A stretch of DNA of 24,771 nucleotides from a virus (taxonomy: Duplodnaviria; Caudoviricetes). The notes beneath the pieces are model-generated. The model worked only from the letters and a program-made list of their open reading frames with translations, had not been told where the DNA came from and searched no databases. The stretch covers positions 1-24,771 of IMG/VR virus record IMGVR_UViG_3300027637_000004; one strand, written 5' to 3'. The translations under genes were made by a program, and so were the position numbers. Shown piece by piece: positions 9,105-16,897 of the stretch (the stretch's first letter is position 1; each line of letters begins with the position of its first letter).

Positions 9105-10412
9105 TTAAGGTGTGGCGAACTTTCCTGCATGTACAAACGTAGCCTGCGTGGGGTCTGACAAGTTGACGGCTGACCTCGTGACCGCGATGTAGCCGATCAA
9201 GGCGGCGTCAGCCAACATGGCATTGGGTGTGAATACCCCCGCACCAATTGCAGCTACGGCAGCCGACAAACCAGAATACGTGTTCATGCCGTACTGGATA
9301 ACCATCTGGTCAACGGCATTGTTGGCGGGGAACAGGTACACGCGATGGATAGTTGAGGTGACCACGCCGCCACCGATCGGTGTAATGACACCGCCAGGCG
9401 CGTAGTTGGCAACGTCAAGCGTGTTTCGCAGAGCGCCGAACGTGGTGCTAGTGCTTGTCACGTAACGGAACTGAGCAGGGGTTTGCGCCGACGTAGTGGT
9501 TACGTGCGGGTCATTCGTCTGCACCGGCCCAACGAAGTGGTTGAACGCCTGTGAGAACAACTTCCCTGCGGATTGATCGATCATCAGGTTCACGCCGTTT
9601 GGCGTGACGTTGTTCCCCGAAATACTGAAAGGACCGAGCGACACCATGAGGTCAGAGAGCTGGTTAGCCGGTTGCTGCAGGATCACGGGCAACGACTGGT
9701 CAACCGTGATGACGCCTCCGACCTGCCGTGTGAGACCGATGCGGATATGCGTGCGTCGCTGTTCGTTCGTCGTCGGTGACGGTACTTGTGTGATCACCTG
9801 GTTGGTGTCCATGAGCCACGACGTAACCGTACGTGCGAGACTGCCCGCGTCCATTTCCAGTCCGACCACGCCGGGGAAGTCAATCCTCGTGATCGATGGG
9901 TTGAACGGGTCCGACGTGAAGTCAGTGATGTACCCGATAAACGGCGAGATATCGATAGCTGACGGGCTAACGGCGTTCGGGGTGATATCACCACCCGCCG
10001 CAATACCGCTGGAAAGCGCTACACTCATCAGTTCAGAAGTGTCTGACTGCAACGACGTGATATCAGCCTGTGCGGTGTTCACTTCACCGTCAAGTGTCGT
10101 GATGTCCACTTGTGCGGCGTCGACTTCGGCTTGCAGTGCCGCGAACTCCGTTGGGGTGACGGGCGACAGCCCGACAGCGATACGGAAGCTCTCCGAATCC
10201 GCGTGCATCCAATATTCGCCTTCTTCGGCGAAGAACGACACGGTTCCGGTACCGCTTGTTGTCAGCGGATTGTCCAGCGGAATCGTACCGGCGAGGTCGG
10301 CGAACAGAGGCGCAAGAATGTTCGAGGTCAGCGGGAAAACACGCACCGAGATACCCGTCGCCAGCGTGCCGTCTGGGTACCAGAACTTGTCCGTATACTG
10401 CGCTATCGCCAT
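9105..10412 (-). CDS. Putative virion fibre/appendage protein (attachment domain, coiled coil, beta-rich C-terminus), 435 aa
   Basis: ATG 10412 behind a GGGGG SD. N-terminal NPLTTSGTGTVSFFAEEGEY, heptads AEVDAAQVDITTLDGEVNTAQADITSLQSD, Thr/Ser/Gly/Val-rich C-terminus. Confidence 0.55.
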   Translation of the reverse strand: MAIAQYTDKFWYPDGTLATGISVRVFPLTSNILAPLFADLAGTIPLDNPLTTSGTGTVSFFAEEGEYWMHADSESFRIAVGLSPVTPTEFAALQAEVDAAQVDITTLDGEVNTAQADITSLQSDTSELMSVALSSGIAAGGDITPNAVSPSAIDISPFIGYITDFTSDPFNPSITRIDFPGVVGLEMDAGSLARTVTSWLMDTNQVITQVPSPTTNEQRRTHIRIGLTRQVGGVITVDQSLPVILQQPANQLSDLMVSLGPFSISGNNVTPNGVNLMIDQSAGKLFSQAFNHFVGPVQTNDPHVTTTSAQTPAQFRYVTSTSTTFGALRNTLDVANYAPGGVITPIGGGVVTSTIHRVYLFPANNAVDQMVIQYGMNTYSGLSAAVAAIGAGVFTPNAMLADAALIGYIAVTRSAVNLSDPTQATFVHAGKFATP

Positions 10413-10452
10413 TGCCAACCCCCGTGGTGATCAGTGTACAGCCTGCGAAGTG

Positions 10453-11280
10453 CTACGACGGACGCTTAGTGGGCACGTCGGATGTTGCACCTTGCCGTGG
10501 TACTCGCAGTACCGTGGATGACCGCTGCCTGTTGCTCGCCACGCGTGCGGCACGGAATCCCGATATCTCCTCGCCCGGCTGTGCGTTGAGCGCATTAGCG
10601 ACAGGGCGTTTCGGGAACCTGCGGCCTACAACGGTCTTGGGGGAGAGGTCGACATAGGTGCTATCCCATTTCACGCTGAGCGCCGAAACCTCTTCACCAA
10701 GGAACTGATGCGCCTTGCGGCCCTGTCCGTGCCCAACTAGGCTGGCGTCGTCGCGGTGGTCGACTAGTGACGGCCACGTGCAGTATGTAGGCAGTCGCAA
10801 CATGTCGATGGCGTAACGCCCGATGCGTCGATCGTAGTTGGGATACGTCTGCTTATCGCACCACGGCAACATCTTATTGATGATGTCCGTAGGAGCCATG
10901 ATCGCGACGCCCCAGTTCAGGGATGGCATACGAATCCAGGACGCGTTAGCTGCATGGGCGTCGCGCACCGCGCGCTCCACGCGGCTGGCTACGGGCCTGC
11001 GTGTCCCGGTGTACGGGGAGACTAGGCAACGTTCCGGTAGGAATGCGGCTGCCTTCTCAAGCCCTGCAATCAGATCTTTCGTGACCAGTGCATCATCCTG
11101 CACGACCATGCCCCACTCGGCCGTCTGGTCGATGGCCTCCCAGGCACGACGGCCCGTATCCCAGCGATCCGACCGGCGATCCCAGATCACGTCATCATCG
11201 GTCAGTCCAAGCCGTTGAACGAGTTCGGGGATATGGTGGGCGCGTTTCTTGTGCGCCATGATTTTGACGGACAGTCTCAC
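10453..11280 (-). CDS. Putative glycosyltransferase (GT-A fold)
   Basis: 275 aa. VKIMAH..R, DxD-like VVQDDA and TWPSLVDH motifs as in actinophage glycosyltransferases. GTGA overlap with the upstream gene. Confidence 0.65.
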   Translation of the reverse strand: MRLSVKIMAHKKRAHHIPELVQRLGLTDDDVIWDRRSDRWDTGRRAWEAIDQTAEWGMVVQDDALVTKDLIAGLEKAAAFLPERCLVSPYTGTRRPVASRVERAVRDAHAANASWIRMPSLNWGVAIMAPTDIINKMLPWCDKQTYPNYDRRIGRYAIDMLRLPTYCTWPSLVDHRDDASLVGHGQGRKAHQFLGEEVSALSVKWDSTYVDLSPKTVVGRRFPKRPVANALNAQPGEEISGFRAARVASNRQRSSTVLRVPRQGATSDVPTKRPS

Positions 11281-11867
11281 AACCCCACCTTTCCGTAAAC
11301 GAAGAACGACGCCAGGCCCTCACGGAGCGGCGGTTCTTCGACCTTAAGTTCCCAGTCAAGGAACCGTTCGGCAATGTCATCCGTGAACTTTCGCCGAAAC
11401 ACATGCCGAGCCGTGCGCCCGTCAGGGGTGTTCGTGGCGTAGATGACCACATGTCGAGTCGCGCTGTTGAACAGGTGGTCAAGGTATTCGAAGTAATCGC
11501 GGTCATCGGGGAGGTGAAACAGCACGTCCATGCTCATCGACATCCGGTAGGCGTCCTCGTAGTTGTGACCGTCAGACGGACCGATGAACCGATGCTGCGG
11601 GAACTTCGCGGTCATACGATCCACTATCGTCTGCGCTACGTCGACCCCCGTGTAGCTGGTGTCCTTCGGGAACTTGATCAATTCGAGGACTTGTCCGTCA
11701 CCACAACCCCAGTCGACCACGGTTTGCACCCTGTGGTCTGCGATGAACTTGGAAATGTAAGCCGCTTTGTATGCACCCTCAGCGCCTTCGGAGCCCGCTC
11801 CTGAGCTACGCCCATCGCGGTAGCGCCGATCCCAGTATCCGGCCGGGGTGTACGCAGGCGCGCTCAT
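11277..11867 (-). CDS. Class I SAM-dependent methyltransferase
   Basis: 196 aa. YWDRRYRDGRSSGAGS, motif I VVDWGCGDG, YTGVDV, SMDVLFHL. Confidence 0.88.
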   Translation of the reverse strand: MSAPAYTPAGYWDRRYRDGRSSGAGSEGAEGAYKAAYISKFIADHRVQTVVDWGCGDGQVLELIKFPKDTSYTGVDVAQTIVDRMTAKFPQHRFIGPSDGHNYEDAYRMSMSMDVLFHLPDDRDYFEYLDHLFNSATRHVVIYATNTPDGRTARHVFRRKFTDDIAERFLDWELKVEEPPLREGLASFFVYGKVGL

Positions 11868-12490
11868 TTCTGTACCCCCGGCACCCGTTCGCCGATGACC
11901 GCACCGGGCTTGCCGACAGCCAACCGGCCACCAGCCATAGGTACGGGGTCCGCGAACTCACCGGACTTTCGGAGGATAGTCACCGCTTCGGTGACGCCGA
12001 TATTTTTGGTGATTCCGTAGTCATCGAAGATGATCACCGCATCATCCGTTAGGTGTCTGCGCCACGCGCGGAAGTCCGCAAGTGCGGCTTCCTGGTGGTG
12101 ATCCCCGTCGATGTACAGCATTGCTACGGGCTCGCCCGTGTAGCCGTCCGCTGCGAGTGCGGTAAGGGACCGGATCGGGGTGACGATCTCTTCGACATCC
12201 GCTTTCGAGATCTGCGACAGAAAGTCATCGAAGAGCGGGCTCGGCAGCTCGCTCAGCACAGCCTTGCGCCAAGCCGAAACCTCCGCGCTCCACGCGTCGA
12301 TAGCGTACACACGAGCGCAGTTGCTCTCTTTGGAGCCCGTGGCGAGATAGCAGGTTGACTTGCCCCGGTACGACCCCAGTTCGACAATCGCTTGATCCCT
12401 GGGAACAGCAGTTGCGTAGTCATATAGCAACTCACCGACATCACGGCCGATCAGTCCGTCAAGTTCGGCAAGTTCATCGAGTGTGAGCAC
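11864..12490 (-). CDS. Class I SAM-dependent O-methyltransferase (Methyltransf_24-like), 208 aa
   Basis: Start moved to GTG 12490 (SD GAAGGG). Motifs IVELGSYRGKST, YAIDAW, LYIDGDH, IIFDDY. Confidence 0.88.
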   Translation of the reverse strand: MLTLDELAELDGLIGRDVGELLYDYATAVPRDQAIVELGSYRGKSTCYLATGSKESNCARVYAIDAWSAEVSAWRKAVLSELPSPLFDDFLSQISKADVEEIVTPIRSLTALAADGYTGEPVAMLYIDGDHHQEAALADFRAWRRHLTDDAVIIFDDYGITKNIGVTEAVTILRKSGEFADPVPMAGGRLAVGKPGAVIGERVPGVQK

Positions 12491-13145
12491 GTCGGCCCTT
12501 TCGTCGTTCCATAACTTCGGCAGTGTGATTCCACTCGTGGACTGCAACCACTTCGGGAGCGAACTGCGTCGGGACTTTCCCGCTGCGGACCTCTGAGTAC
12601 AGATAGGGGAAGAACCTTTCACTACGTGCAGTATACCCCCCGCGACGCTTCCAAATGGGCGTCAGGAATTTGGGCCCCGTTAGTACATTCGGACGGTGGC
12701 CTAGGTGACGCTTGACGTTTCCCGGGATGGCTCCGATGATTTCACGCATTATCAGGTGACCGGGAACGGAGCCTAGATAGGTGTTCCCCACCCAGTTACG
12801 GTCTTCCATCGCCGCGAACACGTCGTGCCCACGCAACTCCTCGTTGATCCGTTTGAGCGGGCGCGTGTCAACGTCAGCGTAAAAACCACCCATGTTGTAG
12901 AGCAGTTCATACCGCGCTAGGTCAGCGCGGAACTGATACACCGCGTCAGCGGGAACCAGATCTTGCGCATTATCGAACAGATCTTGGTTGCGAAGATGCG
13001 GCAGGTTGCTTTCCGTCCATAGGTTCATATTCCAGTCGGGGTGCATCTCGGCCCATGCGATGATGTTCTGTCGGAGATGATCAGGCATCGGATTACCGAA
13101 CCAGATGAAGTGCAGTGTCTTGCTCTCGGTCATGATGTCGTGCAT
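12474..13145 (-). CDS. Glycosyltransferase family 32 (Gly_transf_sug / OCH1-like, DxD), 223 aa
   Basis: Start moved to ATG 13145 (SD GAGAGGA). Motifs LHFIWFG, HPDW...LWTE, RADLARYELLYNMGGFYADVD, TGPKFLT. Confidence 0.9.
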   Translation of the reverse strand: MHDIMTESKTLHFIWFGNPMPDHLRQNIIAWAEMHPDWNMNLWTESNLPHLRNQDLFDNAQDLVPADAVYQFRADLARYELLYNMGGFYADVDTRPLKRINEELRGHDVFAAMEDRNWVGNTYLGSVPGHLIMREIIGAIPGNVKRHLGHRPNVLTGPKFLTPIWKRRGGYTARSERFFPYLYSEVRSGKVPTQFAPEVVAVHEWNHTAEVMERRKGRRAHTR

Positions 13146-13168
13146 CGTTGTCCTCTCGGTACGAAAAT

Positions 13169-13206
13169 GGGGGAGTGCAACCCGGTGACTAGGTAAGCAC
13201 TCCCCC
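13169..13206 (-). terminator. Intrinsic terminator-like hairpin after the major tail gene
   Basis: Perfect 10-bp stem GGGGGAGTGC/GCACTCCCCC followed by ATTTT on the minus strand. Confidence 0.7.
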
Positions 13207-13239
13207 GGCACAATGGGCTACATTCGCCCACCGATCCTA

Positions 13240-13908
13240 TCAGCTGAAGATCTCCACAGCGCCGCAAGCGGGCTCGGGAGGCTGCACCGTGGTGATTGCG
13301 AAAGCGAAGTGCTTCCCCGGTTCCCACGTGCTGACAGGCGAATCAGAAAGCCACGGATCGCCGATGTCCCACAGAGGCGACGCGGGCTTGCTCATACTCG
13401 CGAAACCGAAAGTGAACACGTCGTTCGTGAACGTCAGCTCTTGCACACGAGCGTTGTACTCGTGCGGGAACGCCCAGTAAATCCATCGCTGGTTGCCCTC
13501 GGAGTCGCAGGCGTCTTCCCCCGCAACAGGCTGCCAGATCTCCTTGGAGAATCGGGCATTGAGCAGACCGGTACCGAACTGCACACCCACGAAGTCAGCC
13601 TGCGCGTTCGACACGATCGGATCTTCGCCGAAGACCAGTGCGATCAGGTCAACGTCGAGTGTGCACAGGTTCGTGACCTCATCAATCCAGTTCAGGAATG
13701 ACGGACCCTGCTCGTTGACGCACGGTTCACCGTTCGCCTTGAGTTGGAGAAGACGGGTACCGTCTTCGTAGTTGGGCGTGACCGTGATTTCCGTCCACGC
13801 GTCAGTCGTGACCTGCGCGGAGCCATCACCCGTAACGGGGACGCCGCACTGATCAAGCAGTGTGAAGCGAACGATTTCGCCTCGAATTGGATTCGCGCAT
13901 ACGCTAAT
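13240..13908 (-). CDS. Major tail (tube) protein, 222 aa, apparent ATT start codon
   Basis: The frame of ORF 13240..13614 stays open upstream: (I/M)SVCANPIRGEIVRFTLLDQCGVP...ANGEPCVN..., like the cluster B-type tail tube N-terminus. SD AAGGGGG lies 8 nt before ATT at 13908. No ATG/GTG/TTG occurs between the upstream in-frame TGA and 13614. Confidence 0.8.
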   Translation of the reverse strand: MSVCANPIRGEIVRFTLLDQCGVPVTGDGSAQVTTDAWTEITVTPNYEDGTRLLQLKANGEPCVNEQGPSFLNWIDEVTNLCTLDVDLIALVFGEDPIVSNAQADFVGVQFGTGLLNARFSKEIWQPVAGEDACDSEGNQRWIYWAFPHEYNARVQELTFTNDVFTFGFASMSKPASPLWDIGDPWLSDSPVSTWEPGKHFAFAITTVQPPEPACGAVEIFS

Positions 13909-13921
13909 TGGAACTACCCCC

Positions 13922-14821
13922 TTACGGTGTGGTGTCTTCGCCGTTGAGAATCAGGACCGCGAACAAGCAGCAATCCCAACCGAACACATAGGTCCGCTCG
14001 GCAATCATGCTGAGCGTGTTCACGTCCCGATCGAAAGACTCGACAGCACGGAACGTGTGCGGGGTCGGTTCGCGCTGATAGAACACTTCGCCCGTGGCGT
14101 ACATCCACGTCTGACCGGCAGGCGGAAGCGTGCCGTCAGGTCCGGTCCCCGGATACTCGCCGATGATCACCTTGGAGCCAACGGTGGTCGTGTACATAAC
14201 ACCGTTGCGCGGTTCGATGAGATGCGCATCAACCGCGAGCGCCGCGAGCCGGATCGGCATATGGATGGTTGCGACACCGGAGTAGCAGCGGCGCATGGCC
14301 GCTTCCAGCATTCCCAACCCAACAGCGATTTCCTGCGCGATGTCGGAAACGGGCGTCGCAGGAATCTGCAACGTGTCGTCACCGTCGACCAGTTCAGTGT
14401 TAGCCGCGAGGTGTGGCCAGACGTTTGTCTGCCCCGCCCCCGCTTCGGCACCACCGGTCCAGAAGATGCGTTCGAGTTCGCGTTCCTCTGACCTGATGAG
14501 CGCCTGCCGGTTGCGTTCCGGGAGTTCGTCCCATTGGCCCACAGGCGCGCAATCAGCGCGGCTGTAGATCGTTACCGGAGTTGCACCCCGCGTGATGTAC
14601 TCCCAAGTCTCTCCCTTGGGATTAGGTGCGGGAACTTCATCCGGTACCGCGCACTCCCCGTACGTACCAGCTACCGCAGGACAGAACGACTGCCACTGGA
14701 GGCCCATACGCCATTTGGCGTTAGCCAGTTCCAGGGAGGTCGTTGCCGGTGACAGCAGCCCGTACGCAGAGGGAGTGAACGGCAATGACGTGCTGTCGAT
14801 TTGGAATCTTCCGCGACTCAT
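13922..14821 (-). CDS. Second capsid protein (major capsid pentamer protein-like)
   Basis: 299 aa right after the MCP, very strong SD GGAGGTGA. Motifs PSAYGLLS, W..G.QWQSFC and AERTYVFGWDC resemble the gene after the MCP in Rosebush-like phages. Confidence 0.7.
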   Translation of the reverse strand: MSRGRFQIDSTSLPFTPSAYGLLSPATTSLELANAKWRMGLQWQSFCPAVAGTYGECAVPDEVPAPNPKGETWEYITRGATPVTIYSRADCAPVGQWDELPERNRQALIRSEERELERIFWTGGAEAGAGQTNVWPHLAANTELVDGDDTLQIPATPVSDIAQEIAVGLGMLEAAMRRCYSGVATIHMPIRLAALAVDAHLIEPRNGVMYTTTVGSKVIIGEYPGTGPDGTLPPAGQTWMYATGEVFYQREPTPHTFRAVESFDRDVNTLSMIAERTYVFGWDCCLFAVLILNGEDTTP

Positions 14822-14855
14822 CGCCGCTCACCTCCTCTCTTTGACTCGGGGTTGG

Positions 14856-16655
14856 CTAGGAACCGGCACACACGATGGAGCGAGCGCCGATCTCACCGGA
14901 ACCGCAGATGTCGACCGTGACCACGCGGGACTCGTGACCGGGCTTGAGGAGTGCATAGCAGTCCTCGGCCCAGGCCGCCGTGTGGTCGTTGGTGCTGTTC
15001 AGCACGGAGTCACGCACGACACCCAGGTCAAGCGACATGGAGTTGCCACGGATGAACGTCCCCGGGGCATAGATCATGTAATCCATGGTGAGCGGCCAGT
15101 CGGTGGCCGGGGTAGCACCGCCAGGGTCGGTACCCGAACGGACCTGCCAGTCGCCGACGAACTGCACACGAACGCCCCTGATGTTGAACCAGTCGGCGAT
15201 CATGCCGTCCGTGACACCGAAGACATCGATGCCGTCACGGTTCGCGAGGTCGGCACGGATGACCGCCTGAGCCCAACGAGGCATGACGACTTCGAGAATG
15301 GCGTCGAAGCACATGGAGTACTTCTCGCGGTAGTCAACAGCCGACAGCTCGATGGAGCTGAGCAGCGCCGACGTGGTCGCACCGAGCAGGCCGGTGTGGT
15401 CGACCGCGATGGACGCGGAGATCGCGTCACCGGAACCGCCGCCGTTGAGCATCAGGTCAATGATGCGGGCGTTGGTGGCCTTCGCGCGGATCGCCATGAC
15501 CAGCCGTAGCCAGTTCGCAATCAGCTCGGGGTATGCGTAGTCGACCAGGTTACCGGCCGTGACGCAGAAACCGTCACAGTCGGCACGTCGGTCGATGAAT
15601 GTGGGGCACTCGACCCGCACGCACGGCTTGAAGACAGACGAACTGTCGACCGCTTCGATGTCGTCGGCCTCAGTCCAGGTCCAGACGATGCCCGGGTCCG
15701 AAGCGAGGTCACCGAAGCTCGGCGAAGTCGGGTACTGCACGCCCCCGCGATTCAGGCCGACCGTAGGCAGGTCGATCATGCCGTCTTCACAGACGACATT
15801 GAAGAAATCGTAGGAGATTTCGGACGGAGCGCACCATCCACCAGCGGCCACCAGAACATCTTCATCCGCAGCGGCCTTGAGGACTTCGTTCATGTCCTCG
15901 GGAGTGGAGTTCTTGGAGAGCGTGAACGTGAACTCACGTTCCAGGCTCGCAACCGGAACCGCTTCGGGGTTGCCGGTGCGGCCGATTGGGAGCATCTTCG
16001 CGCGTCGGTGCATCGCTTCGCCGAGCTGCGTCACGTTCTCCAGTCGACCACCCTGGGCGAAGCCAGGGATGTCAGCCGAAGCCACGATGACGGCCTCAGA
16101 ACGCGCCTCATGCACCTTGGCGTCAGGCGCGTACTGCTGAATCGTGCCGAGCCGGACACGCTGGTTGAGGTCCGTCGCAGGCTTGAGGTAGTCACCCGCG
16201 AACGCCTTCATGGTCTCGCCAATGGCCGTGGTGATCGAGGCGGTGAGCACCTTCTCATCGATGCCAGCGGAGACCAGCTCGCGCACTTCGGGAGTGGCAG
16301 CCTCAGGAACATCGTCCCCGACGTCGTCGCCGTTTTCACCGTCTTCGGGAGCTTCGACCTTCACGGGGTTGATCGCGGCACGAAGTGCGGCGGCTCGCTC
16401 AGCGTTCGCCTTCCGGGTGGTCTCGACTTCCTCAGCGGTGGTGTTCACGGCGAGGATCTGTGTCTTGATCACTTCGAGCTTGGCGAAGCCGTCAGCATCG
16501 ATATCCGCTTTGCCGTCCTGGTAGATGGCGTCAAACGCCGCAACCAGCTCGTCACGCATCGTGGACAGTTCGGCTTCGGACTTACCCGCCAATGCGGCGG
16601 TAAGCTCGTCGCCCCCGTCCGGCAGGGTCTGCCCCGCCTCTTTGTCCTTTGACAT
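14856..16655 (-). CDS. Major capsid (hexamer) protein with N-terminal scaffold domain, 599 aa
   Basis: Start moved to ATG 16655 (SD GAGGG). Acidic, helical N-terminal half, then LVAAGGWCAPSEISYDF, DLPTVGLNRGG, LDLGVVRDSVLNSTND. Confidence 0.9.
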   Translation of the reverse strand: MSKDKEAGQTLPDGGDELTAALAGKSEAELSTMRDELVAAFDAIYQDGKADIDADGFAKLEVIKTQILAVNTTAEEVETTRKANAERAAALRAAINPVKVEAPEDGENGDDVGDDVPEAATPEVRELVSAGIDEKVLTASITTAIGETMKAFAGDYLKPATDLNQRVRLGTIQQYAPDAKVHEARSEAVIVASADIPGFAQGGRLENVTQLGEAMHRRAKMLPIGRTGNPEAVPVASLEREFTFTLSKNSTPEDMNEVLKAAADEDVLVAAGGWCAPSEISYDFFNVVCEDGMIDLPTVGLNRGGVQYPTSPSFGDLASDPGIVWTWTEADDIEAVDSSSVFKPCVRVECPTFIDRRADCDGFCVTAGNLVDYAYPELIANWLRLVMAIRAKATNARIIDLMLNGGGSGDAISASIAVDHTGLLGATTSALLSSIELSAVDYREKYSMCFDAILEVVMPRWAQAVIRADLANRDGIDVFGVTDGMIADWFNIRGVRVQFVGDWQVRSGTDPGGATPATDWPLTMDYMIYAPGTFIRGNSMSLDLGVVRDSVLNSTNDHTAAWAEDCYALLKPGHESRVVTVDICGSGEIGARSIVCAGS

Positions 16656-16669
16656 CGCGTTCCCTCTGT

Positions 16670-16741
16670 GTATTGAAGTGAATACCCGGATTCTACACAC
16701 GATTCATCGGCAAAATTGAGAAATCGCCTTCGAATCATGTG
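16670..16741 (-). promoter_or_regulatory. AT-rich capsid leader with inverted repeat and TAGAAT -10 box
   Basis: Minus strand CACATGATTC...GAATCGTGTG (16741-16696), followed at once by TAGAAT and a small GTATT/AATAC hairpin. No good -35. Confidence 0.45.
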
Positions 16742-16744
16742 CTA

Positions 16745-16897
16745 TTAGCCTTCAGGCGTGGTGCTCTTGAGCTTCGCCCCGTTGGAGGACCCCGCAGAAG
16801 TCTTCACCGTCACGTTTCGCGACTTGGCAATACGCGCCTGTTCCTCGGTAGAGAACACCGACACGCCGCCCTTCTTCTTGCCGCAGTTGCAGCCCAT
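16745..16897 (-). CDS. Small basic MGCNCG-motif protein (50 aa)
   Basis: Below the ORF-track cutoff. TAATG overlap with the MuF/protease gene. MGCNCGKKKGGVSVFSTEEQARIAKSRNVTVKTSAGSSNGAKLKSTTPEG. Confidence 0.75.
   Translation of the reverse strand: MGCNCGKKKGGVSVFSTEEQARIAKSRNVTVKTSAGSSNGAKLKSTTPEG

Noticed and set aside
11277-12490. DNA methyltransferases / restriction-evasion module
   Set aside because: No DPPY/NPPY/PCQ motifs seen; motifs fit small-molecule or sugar methyltransferases flanked by glycosyltransferases.
13240-13614. 124-aa ORF as the complete tail tube gene
   Set aside because: The frame is open and family-like for a further 98 codons upstream.
13909-13925. Frameshift or readthrough fusion of the second capsid protein to the tail tube
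   Set aside because: The genes are in different frames, there is no clear slippery site, and a well-spaced SD explains independent initiation.
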